Source of the DNA: Lama guanicoe
Lineage: Eukaryota
Length of the DNA: 64,000 nucleotides
NCBI GenBank assembly: GCA_013239625.1
Contig: MU054187.1
Coordinates: 310,001-374,000 of the forward strand
Direction: 5' to 3'
Both the position numbers and the translations under genes were made by a program. The notes beneath the pieces were generated by a model. It was given only the letters and a program-made list of their open reading frames with translations, did no database searches and was not told the DNA's origin. Shown in pieces: positions 1 to 64,000 of this stretch (within the stretch, counting starts at the first letter, position 1; each line of letters begins with the position of its first letter).

Positions 1-144
1 AGCCCCCTGCACCCCCACAGCCAAGCGCCCTGGACCACGGCCAGGCCTGCTGCACCCAGAGCTCATAAGATGGAAGGAGAAGTGGCCAGTGCTTCTGGAA
101 GCAGCAGGACAGTTGGTGAGAAACTCTCTCACTACAGGAAGACA

Positions 145-166
145 GGAAACAGCCATGGCTGTTTCC
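145..166. repeat. Perfect 22-bp palindrome ggaaacagccatggctgtttcc
   Basis: Sequence equals its own reverse complement (checked base by base). Confidence 0.95.
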
Positions 167-850
167 AGCTTCGAGGCGGGAGCTACACAGACTCACGAAG
201 GAGGATCTGAGACAAGAGCACGTGGAGAGACAGACGGGGAGGAGCAGGTCCTCGGGAGCCCGACCCTCTGCCTTCCCGCAGGGACTGATGTGCTGCTCTG
301 GGCTGAAATGCACAGATTCCTGGCACAACACCCGCCTCAAGGAAAATCCTACAAATGAGCGTTTAAACCCACAACACAGAAACAGTCATTATTTCCACTA
401 GAGTAACATTCTGTGCCGTACAGTCGCCATCAGTGTAGGGTCACTGGAGGAGCAAGCTCCCCCGGAACATTCTAAGAGGGTTTAACTACATGAAAAACAG
501 TTTAATACACCAGACAGTTTATGTGCAACTTTTAAGCAAAGCACACTTATATCAAGAAGGGAATCTTATCAAATGATACACTTCCACAAACTAAAGCTAA
601 ACACAATTTATACCTAACTGGTGAGCATTCACTTACCAAACCTGGTACTAGGTTTTCTTTCTAAGTAACAGGAAACAATCACTGTGAAGTGGTTAATAGG
701 TAGACGATAAACTCTTAGAGGCTCTCTGTAAAATTTGAAGTGTTTCCTCAAGTTCACTTTCCCATAAAGGCAGCACGCGGACTGCGCAGCTGTCCCTGGC
801 CTGACGGAAGGACACTGAAGCCCTGGCCCAGCGGAGGACAGAGGGCCCAC

Positions 851-63501
<62,651 letters not shown>

Positions 63502-64000
63502 TCACGTGTTTCCAGACCCCAAACAACCTAAGACGCTTCTCAAAGAAGCAGCTTTGTCCAGAGCAGACCCAGGAGCCCCGGCTTTTTCCCACATAAGCAC
63601 TTACCTCACCTGCAGTTCCACTCACAGGACGTAACCTTAAAACCGCTGTTCTGACCACGCTCCACGCACCTCATTAAAATTGCATGCAGCTGAAAGGAAA
63701 CCTGGTACCTCATCCACATTCATGTAAAACACAGTAGTTTTAACAGCTCTCCACCTCTCCACAGGCAGTCAGCACCAACAGCAGCACCGGGCCTCTCAGC
63801 CAGACCCGCCGCCCGTGGACAGTGACGTCTGCGGCCCGTCCAGCGCAGACGGCTTCTCGCAGGGAGGGGGTGCTGCGCCCGCACACGCTGGGCAGAGTGG
63901 CACCCCCCCTTCCTGAGGCTCCCTCCCAGTGCTCTGGCTCGGACAGCCGCGGGCAGACGTCAAAGGGCAGTGCACGTCCCTGGACAGCATTTCTCCTCGT

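Noticed and set aside
631..640. Strong donor-like TG|gtaagt 214 nt downstream of the last exon
   Set aside because: No DNA-PKcs-like peptide precedes it and its use would frameshift; probably a chance cryptic site.

Overview
This is mammalian genomic DNA, most likely from a camelid, judged from several tRNA-derived SINEs resembling the camelid Vic-1 type. The whole window lies inside one minus-strand gene, PRKDC (DNA-PKcs). I traced 42 consecutive internal coding exons from 63391 down to 851. They total 6469 nt, splice in consistent phase, and match roughly human residues 1090-3250 (approximately human exons 28-69; numbering and human residues are from recollection). All introns have AG acceptors; 41 donors are GT and one is GC. 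Introns hold L1 fragments, MaLR/MLT1 LTR elements, MIR/MER remnants, SINEs, short tandem repeats and two perfect palindromes. Nearly all ORFs in the supplied track are exon fragments with intron read-through or chance ORFs in GC-rich DNA. I found no convincing new biological system. The most interesting observations are: a GC-AG intron after the ABCDE exon; a remodelled ABCDE phosphocluster; altered caspase-3 sites (DEVD to DEVE); loss of S3205 and S2023; two stop-free in-frame introns; and a strong, patchy AT-to-GC/CpG shift affecting both exons and dead repeats.
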